Shown here piece by piece: positions 37,763-47,041 of a DNA stretch of 47,041 bases. Made by a program: the position numbers and the translations under genes. A model generated the notes under the pieces. It had not been told where the DNA came from, ran no database searches, and was given only the letters and a program-made list of their open reading frames with translations. How positions within the stretch are numbered: the stretch's first letter is position 1; each line of letters opens with the position of its first letter. The stretch comes from Dichotomicrobium sp. (GTDB taxonomy: Bacteria; Pseudomonadota; Alphaproteobacteria; Rhizobiales; Rhodomicrobiaceae): NCBI GenBank assembly GCA_046543175.1, contig JBKGZY010000001.1, positions 1 to 47,041 of the forward strand, read 5' to 3'.

Positions 37763-38857
37763 TTACAGCACGAGTTCCAGCTTTCCCTCGCCGGACCGCC
37801 TGACCCCGCTGCCGAATTTCCGGCATTCCCGGTCCATCCGGTCTCCCAGCCAGCTCGTCTCCTCGGCCGAAGCGCGCTGGAGCCGGAATTTGCGCAGGCG
37901 AAACGGCAGCATTTCGAGGCGCACAAGGGTTTTTCGTCGTGCGTCGATATCGAGCAGGTAGCCGAGCACGAGGTCCGGCCTGTAGTCCTCGTGCCCGCCA
38001 ATACCTTCATAATCGTTCAGGAAGTCGCCGCAGCCATAAAAGATGGACCTGCCCTTGTGGACCTCCACGGCTTTCGGGTGGTGCGACGAGTGGCCAAAGA
38101 CGATATCCACGCCCGCCCGATCGATCAGCGCATGGGCGAAGGCGCGGTGGGCATCCGCGATCTGGTAGCCCCAGTTCCCGCCCCAATGGACAGACAGCAT
38201 CACGAGGTCGTCAGGCGCGCTGCGTGCGGCGATATCGCCGGCGATCCTGTCGAATGACGCCTCGCTCGTATCTGGCAGGAAATTGATACCCGGCCTATCT
38301 GTCGTGGCCGCCCAATGCGCGGGCGTGCCGCTCGATGGGCAGGCGACCGCGAACAGGTGCACACGCTGGCCTGTTTTCGCTGCCAGCGTGGCGGGCGAGG
38401 CCGCCCGGTCGGCGTCGCGCCCGCCGCCGGCGATTGCAATGCCGGCCACCGAAAGCGCGTCCAGCGTGTCGATCAGGCTTTGTGCGCCCCAGTCGGCGGC
38501 GTGGTTGTTCGCCAGAACGCAGCAATCGGCCCCGAAAGCGGTCAGGCATGGTACATTCCGCGGGTTCATGCGGTAGTTGATGCCCTTCGGCTCGGGCACG
38601 CCATCCCCCGTGATGCTCGTCTCGAGATTGATAATGCGCAGGTCGGGCGCGCGCGCCCGCAGCACTGCCAACGTATCGCCCCATATGTAATCGAATGACA
38701 CCGGACGGCGTATCTCGCCGGATCGGGACTCGGCCAGCCGCACATACTCGAGGGCCGAGCCGACATAGGGTTCGTATAGTTTCGAATCGCAGGGATGCGG
38801 CAGGATCTGGTCGATCCCGCGCCCGGTCATGACGTCGCCGCACAGGAAGATTCTCAT
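37763..38857 (-). CDS. CapA/PGA_cap family metallophosphoesterase
   Basis: GDVMTGRG, NLETSIT, LANNHAADWG, SVHWG, GHSSHH, YGCGDF; no signal peptide. Confidence 0.9.
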   Translation of the reverse strand: MRIFLCGDVMTGRGIDQILPHPCDSKLYEPYVGSALEYVRLAESRSGEIRRPVSFDYIWGDTLAVLRARAPDLRIINLETSITGDGVPEPKGINYRMNPRNVPCLTAFGADCCVLANNHAADWGAQSLIDTLDALSVAGIAIAGGGRDADRAASPATLAAKTGQRVHLFAVACPSSGTPAHWAATTDRPGINFLPDTSEASFDRIAGDIAARSAPDDLVMLSVHWGGNWGYQIADAHRAFAHALIDRAGVDIVFGHSSHHPKAVEVHKGRSIFYGCGDFLNDYEGIGGHEDYRPDLVLGYLLDIDARRKTLVRLEMLPFRLRKFRLQRASAEETSWLGDRMDRECRKFGSGVRRSGEGKLELVL

Positions 38858-39075
38858 GGGTGTCAAGACATTTAGGTTGACCTACCGCCCTCGCAGTGCA
38901 CGATGCGCCCGGCACACTGCAGCGCTTGCCGGCAGCCGCCGACGTTTGCCCTCAAGGCCCCGGCGGCTAGCCGCGCATACCTGTCGAGACAGGGTCGCGG
39001 TGCCGACAGCGTTTGCCGGCTCAGGGCTATGTGTTACATTCCCGAATTGATTAAGGTTTCATGTAAGATCGAGTC

Positions 39076-40128
39076 ATGCCATCAGAATTCATCAGCCGTC
39101 TGCGGGTTCCAGCGCTGACGGCAGCGCTTATCGTCTGTGCCGCGCTCGGGACCGCGTCGGGGATTCGTGCGCAAAACGCCGTGCCGGTCGAGGTCGAGAC
39201 GGCGAAAAGCGATTCCGTACGCGACGAGATAGAGGTCGTCGGCGACATAAAGGCGGACGAAAGCGTCGTCATTCGCCCGGAAATCGCCGGTCAGATCAAG
39301 GAGATCCATTTCGAGGAAGGCCAGGGAGTCGATGAAGGCGCCCTGCTGTTCTCGATGGACGATGAAATTCTCTCCGCCGAACTGGACGACGCCTCCGCCG
39401 CGCTCGAACTGGCCAAGCGCAACTTCGACAGGTCGAAGCAGCTTTACAGTCGGCAGGTCGGCACGGAGCGCACGCGGGACGAAGCTCTCGCCTCCATGCA
39501 GAGCGGCGAGGCGAAGGCCGCACTGGCGCGCGCCCGGCTCAGCAAAACGAAGATCCATGCCCCGTTCAGCGGGATCGTTGGTTTCCGCGAGGTCAGCGTC
39601 GGCGCTTACGTCTCCGCGGGCACCGATCTCGTCCGGCTGGTCAAGATCGATCCCGTAGAAATCGACTTCCGCGTGCCCGAGCGGTTCCTGCCCGTCCTCG
39701 CCGAAGGCCAGCAGATCACCGCACGCGTCGATGCCCTTCCCGACCGGGAATTTGACGGGGAGGTCTTCGCGCTCGACAACGTCGTCGACATCAACGGCCG
39801 CAGCATCCGCGTGCGCGCCCGCGTTCCGAATCCCGACGGCGTATTGCGCCCGGGCATGTTCGCGCGCGTCAACCTGACGACCGAGTTGCGCAGGAATGCC
39901 GTCATCGTGCCCGAGGGCGCGATCGTGCCCACGCTTGAGGGCGAATATGTCTATCGCGTCGTGGACGGCAAGGCCGAGAGAACCGACGTCACGATCGGCC
40001 GGCGAATGACCGGCGAGGTCGAGATTGTCGAGGGGCTGTCGGAGGGCGACACGGTGATAGTCGCGGGACAGCAGAAGGTTCAGGAAGGCGCGGCGGTCCA
40101 GCCGCTGGATGCGCAGGGCGGCGCCTGA
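39076..40128 (+). CDS. RND efflux periplasmic adaptor (MFP)
   Basis: N-terminal hydrophobic segment, lipoyl halves (IRPEIAGQI, IHAPFSGIVG), LRPGMF, GLSEGDTVI. Confidence 0.92.
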   Translation: MPSEFISRLRVPALTAALIVCAALGTASGIRAQNAVPVEVETAKSDSVRDEIEVVGDIKADESVVIRPEIAGQIKEIHFEEGQGVDEGALLFSMDDEILSAELDDASAALELAKRNFDRSKQLYSRQVGTERTRDEALASMQSGEAKAALARARLSKTKIHAPFSGIVGFREVSVGAYVSAGTDLVRLVKIDPVEIDFRVPERFLPVLAEGQQITARVDALPDREFDGEVFALDNVVDINGRSIRVRARVPNPDGVLRPGMFARVNLTTELRRNAVIVPEGAIVPTLEGEYVYRVVDGKAERTDVTIGRRMTGEVEIVEGLSEGDTVIVAGQQKVQEGAAVQPLDAQGGA

Positions 40129-40146
40129 TCGAGGGATCCCCGCAAA

Positions 40147-43100
40147 ATGGGACTAACCGAACTATGCGTTCGTCGCCCCGTCTTCGCGACGGTGCTCAGC
40201 CTGATCGTGTTTCTGCTCGGGCTGGTGGCCTATGAGCGGCTGAACATACGCGAATACCCCAACATCGACCCGCCGGTCGTGAACGTCAACACGACCTATC
40301 AGGGCGCCAGCGCGGCGATCATCGAAACGCAGGTCACACAGGTTCTGGAGGAGTCGCTGGCCGGCATCGAGGGCGTGGACTACATCACCTCGATCAGCCG
40401 CGAGGAAGAAAGCCAGATCACCGTCAACTTCCGGCTGGCCCGTGACCCGGACAGCGCCGCAGCCGACGTGCGCGACCGCGTGAGCCGCGTCCGCGGGCGT
40501 CTGCCCGAGGAAATCGAGGAGCCGGTGATCCAGAAAGTGGAGGCCGACGCGCAGCCGGTCATCTACCTGGCCTTCTCGAGCGAAAAGCATTCCTCGCTGG
40601 AAATCACCGATTACGCGGACCGCTACGTCAAGGACCAGTTGCAGACGCTGCCCGGTGTCGCGGAGGTCCGCATTTTCGGCGAGCGTGTTTACTCGATGCG
40701 GCTGTGGCTCGATCCGCTGCGCATGGCGGCTTACGACCTGGCGCCGCAGGACATCGAAAATGCGCTGCGCCGGCAGAACGTGGAGGTGCCGGCCGGGCGC
40801 ATCGAAAGCCGGATGCGCGAATTCACGGTGCTTTCGGAAACCGACCTGCGCACCCCGGAGCAGTTCAACGATCTCGTCATCAAGCGCGAAGACGGCTACC
40901 TCGTCCGGCTTCAGGACATCGGCCAGGCGAAACTCGGCCCGCTCGACGAACGCCGCGTCGTGCGCTTCAACGGCGAGCCAGCAATCGCGCTCGGGGTCAT
41001 CAAGCAGGCGACGGCGAACCCGCTCGACGTGTCCGATGCGGTGCGCGAAGTGCTGCCGCGCGTCCTCGACACCCTGCCCGACGGGATGAAGGTGGAGGTT
41101 GCGCACGACAAGTCCGTGTTCATCCAGGAATCGCTCGACAACGTGTATATCACGATCGGCGAGGCGGTGATCCTGGTGCTGGGCATCATCTTCTTCTTCC
41201 TGCATTCGGTGCGGGCGACCTTCATTCCACTCGTGACGATCCCGGTCTCGCTGGTTGGCGCATTTGCGCTGATGTTCATGTTCGGCTTCTCCATCAACAC
41301 GCTGACCCTGCTGGCCTTCGTGCTGGCGATCGGGCTCGTGGTGGACGACTCCATCGTCATGCTGGAGAACATCCACCGTCACGTCGAAGAAGGCGAGCAT
41401 CCGTTTACCGCGGCGATCCGGGGATCGAAGGAGATCGCCTTTGCCATCGTGGCGATGACATTGACGCTGGCGGCGGTATATATCCCCATCGGCTTCCTGA
41501 CCGGCAAGACCGGGCGGCTGTTCACCGAGTTCGCCTGGACGCTGGCCGGCGCGGTGCTGGTCTCCGGCTTCGTCGCGCTGACACTGTCGCCGATGATGTG
41601 CTCCAAGCTCTTGAAGCACGAGACCCACCAGAACGTCGTGATCCGCGCCATCGAATGGTTCATCCGCCGCCTGATTCGCGGATACCGGGCCCTGCTGGGG
41701 CTGTGCCTGCGCGCGCGCCCCCTGATCCTGGCAATCGGCCTCGCCGTGGCGGGTGGCGGCGCATACCTGTTCACCCAGCTCAACTCCGAACTGGCACCCT
41801 ACGAGGACCAGGGCACGATCGTCAGCGTGTTCACCGCGCCGCAGGGCGCGACCATCGACTACACCGACAAATACGCCAAGCAGCTCGAGGGGATCTTCGC
41901 CGAGACCGACGACGTGGCGCGTTATTTTGTGGTTTCGGGCTTTCCGACCGTGACGCAGGGCATCGGCTTCGTGAAGATGGCGCCGTGGGACGAGCGCGAC
42001 CGCACGCAGCAGGAGATCGCCCAGGAACTCCGCCCGAAGATGTTCGGCGTTCCCGGCGTAATGGCGTTCCCGGTCAATCCGCCGCCGCTGGGCCAGAGCG
42101 TGCGCGACCAGCCGATCCAGCTTGTGGTGCTCACCTCCGAGCCGTATGCCAAGCTGAACGGCTATGTCGAGCAGATCCTGCAAGAGGCGCAGGACAGCGA
42201 CATGCTGCAGAATCTCGATAGCGACCTGCGCCTGAACAAGCCGCAGCTCAAGGTCGATGTCGACCGGGACAAGGTGGCGGCGCTGGACGTGGATATCGAG
42301 ACGCTCGGGCGCACCCTGGAGACGTTGCTGGGTGGTCGGCAGGTCACGCGCTTCAAGCGCGAGGGCCAGCAATACGACGTCGTCGTGCAGGTCGAGGCCG
42401 AGGATCGCGTCACCCCCGGCGACCTTGAGAAGATTTATGTACGCTCGAACACCGGCGCGATGATCCAGCTTTCCAATCTCGTTACGCTGCGCGAGACGGT
42501 CGCGCCGAAGGAGTTGAACCACTTCAATCAGCTCCGCTCCGCGACCTTCACCGCGACTCTGGCCGACGGCGCGACGCTCGGTGAGGCGTTGACCGAATTC
42601 GAAGAGGTGGTGCGCAGCGTCATCCCACCGAGCGCGCAGATCGACTACGGTGGCCAGTCGCGCGAGTTCAAGGAATCCAGCGCGGAAATCTACGTCACCT
42701 TCATCCTGGCGCTGGCCTTCATCTATCTTGTGCTGGCGGCCCAGTTCGAGAGCTTCATCGACCCGCTGACCATCATGCTGACGGTGCCGCTGTCGATCAC
42801 TGGCGGGCTGCTCGGCCTGTATCTTACCGGCGGGACGCTGAACATCTACAGCCAGGTGGGCCTCGTGACCCTGATCGGGCTGATCACCAAGCACGGCATC
42901 CTGCTTGTCGAGTTCTCCAACCAGATGCGCCAGCGCGGCAAGGACATCCACGATGCCGTTCTGGAAGCCGCGACGCTGCGTCTGCGCCCGATCCTGATGA
43001 CCACCGGCGCGATGACCTTCGGCTCGGTTCCGCTGGCGCTCGCAAGCGGGGCGGGAGCGGAAAGCCGGCAGTCGATCGGCGTCGTGATCGTCGGCGGGCT

Positions 43101-43233
43101 GCTGGTGGGCACGCTGTTCACGCTGTTTGTCATCCCGGTGGTGTACACCTATTTCGCGCGCAGCAAGCGTCCCGGGCCGATCACCGAGTCCGAGGAAGCC
43201 CCGGCGGGCTCGGCGCCAAGCCCGGCCGAATAG
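40147..43233 (+). CDS. RND efflux permease (AcrB/AcrD/AcrF family)
   Basis: RRPVFA, REYPNID, AIGLVVDDSIV, LIGLITKHGIL, RLRPILMT; 1028 aa. Confidence 0.95.
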   Translation: MGLTELCVRRPVFATVLSLIVFLLGLVAYERLNIREYPNIDPPVVNVNTTYQGASAAIIETQVTQVLEESLAGIEGVDYITSISREEESQITVNFRLARDPDSAAADVRDRVSRVRGRLPEEIEEPVIQKVEADAQPVIYLAFSSEKHSSLEITDYADRYVKDQLQTLPGVAEVRIFGERVYSMRLWLDPLRMAAYDLAPQDIENALRRQNVEVPAGRIESRMREFTVLSETDLRTPEQFNDLVIKREDGYLVRLQDIGQAKLGPLDERRVVRFNGEPAIALGVIKQATANPLDVSDAVREVLPRVLDTLPDGMKVEVAHDKSVFIQESLDNVYITIGEAVILVLGIIFFFLHSVRATFIPLVTIPVSLVGAFALMFMFGFSINTLTLLAFVLAIGLVVDDSIVMLENIHRHVEEGEHPFTAAIRGSKEIAFAIVAMTLTLAAVYIPIGFLTGKTGRLFTEFAWTLAGAVLVSGFVALTLSPMMCSKLLKHETHQNVVIRAIEWFIRRLIRGYRALLGLCLRARPLILAIGLAVAGGGAYLFTQLNSELAPYEDQGTIVSVFTAPQGATIDYTDKYAKQLEGIFAETDDVARYFVVSGFPTVTQGIGFVKMAPWDERDRTQQEIAQELRPKMFGVPGVMAFPVNPPPLGQSVRDQPIQLVVLTSEPYAKLNGYVEQILQEAQDSDMLQNLDSDLRLNKPQLKVDVDRDKVAALDVDIETLGRTLETLLGGRQVTRFKREGQQYDVVVQVEAEDRVTPGDLEKIYVRSNTGAMIQLSNLVTLRETVAPKELNHFNQLRSATFTATLADGATLGEALTEFEEVVRSVIPPSAQIDYGGQSREFKESSAEIYVTFILALAFIYLVLAAQFESFIDPLTIMLTVPLSITGGLLGLYLTGGTLNIYSQVGLVTLIGLITKHGILLVEFSNQMRQRGKDIHDAVLEAATLRLRPILMTTGAMTFGSVPLALASGAGAESRQSIGVVIVGGLLVGTLFTLFVIPVVYTYFARSKRPGPITESEEAPAGSAPSPAE

Positions 43234-43694
43234 CGGGCTGCCGCGACGCCGAAATCCGCACGCTGATCGAAGAGCAGGGCCGCAAGCCGACATACTTCGC
43301 CATGCTGTGCGGGTTCGCTTGAAGGAGGCTCGGCGATGAAAGAGTTCGATCCGGCCGTGCTGCTCGCCATGCCCGGGAGGCGTTGGGCATATGGCTGTGG
43401 ATCGGTGTCGCGGCGAGTGCGCCGATCCTGACTGATGCAATCTATGCGGACCTGACCGTACCGGCCGATTGGACAGCCCTGATCACTGCAGCCATCGGGG
43501 GGCGGTCTCGGTGTGTTTCTCTGCCCGCTGCCCATTCTGGCGCTCCTTGCAGAGCGCAAGCGTTCCGCGAAGCGGAGCATGCCGACAGGCGCCTGACGCG
43601 CCGGCGGACGACCGCATTCCACAGGATCAGAGCTGGTAGGCGGGTCGGCTCAGTCTGTGCTATACTCCGTGAGCGCTTAATCATGGAGCAGCGC

Positions 43695-44537
43695 ATGAGT
43701 ATTCGTATTTGCGTTCTCAGTCTTGTCTTCGCTGTCTTTTCCGCCGCCTTCGCCACAGCCTTTGCCCAGGAGCCGCCTCAAGCCGGCAGTCGTTGCATTG
43801 CGCTCGCCGATGCTGGAACGCCGGGCATTGAATATGTCGCGCTGAACGACGCGGCGCTCTCGCCTTACGAAGTCCGGATTACCTTCGTCGGCCACGCGAC
43901 GTTCCGCATCCGCAGCGCGGGCGGCACGATCATCGCCACCGACTACACCGGAAATGCCGGCCCCGGCCCGACGCCCAACGTCGTGACCATGAACCATGCG
44001 CATACCACGCATTACACCAACTATCCCGATCCGGCGATCGAGCATGTCCTGCGCGGCTGGGGATCGGAAGGCGAGCCGGCGGAGCACCGCCTGAGGGTCG
44101 GCGACGTATTTATCCGCAACGTCCCCACCGACATCCGCGGCTGGAACGGCATCCGTGAAAAGGACGGCAACTCGATCTTCATCTTCGAGGTCGCCGATAT
44201 GTGCATCGGGCATCTCGGTCATCTGCATCACAAGCTCGGCCCGGAATATCTCGGGGTCATCGGGCAGCTCGATATCGTGATGGTGCCGGTGGACGGTTCC
44301 TACACGATGGCGCAGCCGGCGATGATGGAAGTGCTCAAGCTGCTGAAAGCGCGGCTCGTCCTGCCGATGCACTATTTCACACGGAGCCGTCTCGAAACCT
44401 TCCTGTCGCAAGTCGGCGAGGGCTTCGATGCGGAGGTGAACCGTTCGCCCTCGATCACCGTGTCGGCCGCCACCCTTCCGGACAAGCCGAAGGTGTTGGC
44501 GTTGCCTGGGCCGGAACTCGGCGGCGCGATCGAATAG
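43695..44537 (+). CDS. Exported MBL-fold metallo-hydrolase
   Basis: Signal peptide ending AFA-Q, VGHATF, MNHAHTTHY, GHLGHLHH, LPMHY; ATG 43695 after GGAG. Confidence 0.85.
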   Translation: MSIRICVLSLVFAVFSAAFATAFAQEPPQAGSRCIALADAGTPGIEYVALNDAALSPYEVRITFVGHATFRIRSAGGTIIATDYTGNAGPGPTPNVVTMNHAHTTHYTNYPDPAIEHVLRGWGSEGEPAEHRLRVGDVFIRNVPTDIRGWNGIREKDGNSIFIFEVADMCIGHLGHLHHKLGPEYLGVIGQLDIVMVPVDGSYTMAQPAMMEVLKLLKARLVLPMHYFTRSRLETFLSQVGEGFDAEVNRSPSITVSAATLPDKPKVLALPGPELGGAIE

Positions 44538-44552
44538 GGCTAAACCGGCCGC

Positions 44553-45392
44553 ATGGATGTCTATGGGGCCGATTTCACGAGCCGTCCGACACGCGGCAAA
44601 CCGATTACCTGCCTGCATTGCCGGCTGGAAGGCGGTGTGCTGCGCGCGCAAACGCTGGAGACGTTCCCCGATTTCGACGCCTTCGAGGCGATGCTACAGC
44701 GTCCAGGCCCCTGGATCGCCGGGCTGGATTTCCCTTTCGGACAGGCGCGCAAATTCATCGAGACGATCGGATGGCCGGCAAGGTGGGCGGAATATGTCCG
44801 GCACGCCAAAGGTCTGGGCCGCCAACGCTTCCGCGATGCGCTCGAAGCCTACCGGCGCGACCGCGCGGATGGCGACAAGGAGCACCGCCGCGCGACCGAT
44901 ATCGCCGCGGGCTCAACCAGTCCGCAGAAGCTGTATGGCACGCCGGTCGCGCTGATGTTTTTCGAGGGCGCGCCGCGGCTGATCCGTGCGGGCGTGACGA
45001 TCCCGCACATGCTGGCGGGCGCCTCGGACCGGATTGTTGTCGAGACCTATCCGGGGGTGCTCGCGCGCCAGATCGTTGGGAGACGCGCCTACAAGAACGA
45101 CGCAAGCGTCAGGCAAACGCCGGCGCTGCTCGAAGCGCGCCGCGACATCCTTGAGGGGTTATGTGCCGGGGCGCGGCGCGAGCAAATAGGCTTCGAAGTC
45201 GCGGCGGAGCGGCACCTGTGCGACGACGCGGGCGGCGATCAGCTCGATGCGCTGCTCTGCGCCGTTCAGGCCGCCTGGGCCTGGCGGAATCGGGCAAACC
45301 GTTACGGCGCGCCCGATCCCGTCGATCCACGCGAAGGCTGGATCGCCGATCCCGTCGTCACTCGCCGAGCGTCTCACCCAGAAACGTCTTGA
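44553..45392 (+). CDS. DUF429-like protein (predicted RNase H-fold nuclease)
   Basis: Acidic motif series YGADFTS, GLDFPFG, VETYPG, DQLDALLCA. Confidence 0.75.
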   Translation: MDVYGADFTSRPTRGKPITCLHCRLEGGVLRAQTLETFPDFDAFEAMLQRPGPWIAGLDFPFGQARKFIETIGWPARWAEYVRHAKGLGRQRFRDALEAYRRDRADGDKEHRRATDIAAGSTSPQKLYGTPVALMFFEGAPRLIRAGVTIPHMLAGASDRIVVETYPGVLARQIVGRRAYKNDASVRQTPALLEARRDILEGLCAGARREQIGFEVAAERHLCDDAGGDQLDALLCAVQAAWAWRNRANRYGAPDPVDPREGWIADPVVTRRASHPETS

Positions 45393-46101
45393 ACGCCGCC
45401 CAGGACTTCTCGTCGGCCCGCTCCTGGTACCGGTCCGAGCCGAACACCGTGAAGGCGTGCGGCGCACCGGAATATACTTGGATCTCGTATGCGACATTCG
45501 CCGCTTCCAGTTCGCGCGAAAGCTGGGCCACGTCGTCCATGCTGATCGAGCTGTCCGCGCCGCCATGCGCGATGAGCAGCGGCGGCGTCGATTCGGAATA
45601 GCTCTGGCCCTCCGGCGTCGCAAGACCGCCGTGGAAGGTCGCGTAGCCGGCGACATCCTCGGCCATGCCGGAGCGCGCGAGTTCCAGCGTCGCCGCGCCA
45701 CCGAAGCAATAACCCATGACCACGGCCGTACCGCCTCCCCGCCGACGAGCTTCGGCGAGGCCAGCGAGGATCAGCGTGCGCATTTTCTCGCGGTCATTGT
45801 AGAGCTTGGCCGTCTCGGCCTTCTTCGCGCCGGTCTCGACCGGCCGGTTGCCCTTGCCGTAGAGATCGGCGGCAAAGGCGTCGTAGCCCATCTCGGCCAG
45901 CATGTCGGCGCGCTTGACCTCGTAGTCGGTCAGGCCGTCCCAATCATGGATAATGAGCACCAGCCCCTTGGCGTCGTCGCCGGCATCGGCGTGGTAGCCT
46001 TCATAGGCCGTGCCGTCCACTTCATAGGTGACGGTCTCGCCGGCCCAGGCGGCGGTGGCAAAACCAGCGGCGGTCAGAATGGTTAGAATAGCTCGGATCA
46101 T
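45358..46101 (-). CDS. Exported dienelactone hydrolase family protein
   Basis: Signal peptide, HDWDG, GYCFGG nucleophile, HGGAD, GAPHAFT; ATG 46101 after GAGGA. Confidence 0.9.
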   Translation of the reverse strand: MIRAILTILTAAGFATAAWAGETVTYEVDGTAYEGYHADAGDDAKGLVLIIHDWDGLTDYEVKRADMLAEMGYDAFAADLYGKGNRPVETGAKKAETAKLYNDREKMRTLILAGLAEARRRGGGTAVVMGYCFGGAATLELARSGMAEDVAGYATFHGGLATPEGQSYSESTPPLLIAHGGADSSISMDDVAQLSRELEAANVAYEIQVYSGAPHAFTVFGSDRYQERADEKSWAAFKTFLGETLGE

Positions 46102-46311
46102 CGTGCATCCTCGGAGGTTGCCGGACAAACAGATTATTTCAAGCTCCGAACCGCGGCGCGGGTGTCCGCCGGGGACATGACGCGCCACAGCCCGGATGCA
46201 GTATGGGAAAGCAAGTTAACGGGGTGGGTGCTGGCGTGCCAATCAAATTCGCGCGCAGCGCGGCGCCGGGGCAAGGGCCGATGGCCGAGCTAGGCTTGTC
46301 GAGCACGACGG

Positions 46312-46731
46312 TTATCCGGCCTCGCCGTCTGTACGGCGCCAGGAGTAGAGCGTTTCGCTGCCGTCCGGCGTCTCATATACCAACACCTCGAATACACCGC
46401 CCGCACCGCCGGCAAAAAGGTGCCTGACGCGGCGGTCACCGCTGTCTTCACGTTTCCTGAGAGGGCCTTTGAAGATCATGTGCGTGCGTTCATACCACTC
46501 GCAACGCGGTGTTTCCCTGGAGCGATTGAAGCGCCAGAGCATTGCGGCGCGCGGCATTCTGGGATTGGCCGCCGCCGCATGCTGAAAGGCCTTGGCATGG
46601 CGCGGATCGCCGCACAGGTAGCCCTGCACCTTGACATCGATACTGGTTTGCGCGGCGGCAATGTTAACAGCGAGCACCATAGGCATAACCAATGTCAAGC
46701 ATGGCCAGTTTACTCGGAACCATTTACACAT
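46312..46731 (-). CDS. Hypothetical exported protein (139 aa)
   Basis: ATG 46731 after AAGGA; hydrophobic leader ending AAA-Q; two Cys in the mature part. Confidence 0.5.
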   Translation of the reverse strand: MCKWFRVNWPCLTLVMPMVLAVNIAAAQTSIDVKVQGYLCGDPRHAKAFQHAAAANPRMPRAAMLWRFNRSRETPRCEWYERTHMIFKGPLRKREDSGDRRVRHLFAGGAGGVFEVLVYETPDGSETLYSWRRTDGEAG

Positions 46732-46990
46732 TCTAAGTTCCTTTCGACGCTTTTCAGGACGCTTCGCCGGCTTGCTCCAGGAAACATTATGCCTGTTTAC
46801 ATATAATGGTACGACTCTTTTCGTTTGTCTGCGGCGCGCACGCTTGCGTATCCGGCCTGCCTGCATCTCTCCGACATGGTGGCGCGGTGGTGTCGGAGCG
46901 CCGCGCCTTTTCGCCCATGTCTCACGACCGGCGAATATTCTATGATTGTCGCAGATCGGTGGAATTGCGAAACTGTAAGAGGACAAACGC

Positions 46991-47041
46991 ATGTCATCAT
47001 CGCCGGAGCATCGCTACGAGGTCCGGGTGTCGTGGAGCGGT
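46991..47041 (+). CDS. Probable OsmC-family protein, 5' end only (runs off the window)
   Basis: GAGGA RBS then MSSSPEHRYEVRVSWSG, resembling the H-x-Y...W-T-G N-terminus of OsmC-like proteins; only 17 codons visible. Confidence 0.5.
   Translation, partial: MSSSPEHRYEVRVSWSG

Noticed and set aside
32426-38857. Poly-gamma-glutamate capsule locus (CapA plus CapD-like GGT)
   Set aside because: No capB or capC; the CapA-like protein lacks a membrane anchor and the GGT looks ordinary.
40162-43440. 1092-aa ORF on the minus strand
   Set aside because: Antisense shadow of the RND permease; typical of high-GC codon bias, with no motifs.
1-47041. CRISPR arrays, tRNA/rRNA genes, IS elements, integrases, prophage or defence systems
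   Set aside because: No spaced repeat arrays, RNA-gene signatures or such protein motifs were seen on manual reading.

Overview
A 47 kb GC-rich window, probably chromosomal and from an alphaproteobacterium (Rhizobiales-like); the acidic periplasmic binding proteins and ectoine genes suggest a saline habitat. It holds five blocks. (1) 96-12045: an oxalate-utilisation locus with gntR-oxc-frc, a domain-swapped ADP-forming acyl-CoA ligase, a tripartite tricarboxylate transporter and a divergent, motif-altered SucCD-like pair, linked by repeated TGGnATACCA-type boxes. (2) 12303-23950: an ectoine/hydroxyectoine catabolism cluster (doeC, doeX, enuR, uehABC, usp, eutABC, doeA) that lacks eutE/doeB and atf/doeD here. 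(3) 24152-34198: a polar amino acid ABC transporter, an AT-rich orphan ORF, a second TRAP transporter, a CMD pseudogene, GST and ggt. (4) 34288-38857: a five-gene module (APH-like kinase, prs paralogue, alpha/beta hydrolase, phosphoribosyltransferase, CapA-like phosphoesterase) around two perfect FNR/FixK boxes. Its families match uncharacterised members of the mycobacterial DosR dormancy regulon, making it the best candidate for an undescribed system. (5) 39076-end: an RND efflux pair, MBL hydrolase, DUF429-like protein, dienelactone hydrolase, an exported orphan and the start of an OsmC-like gene. No tRNA, rRNA, CRISPR array, integrase or transposase was seen. All family calls come from recalled motifs; no database search was run.
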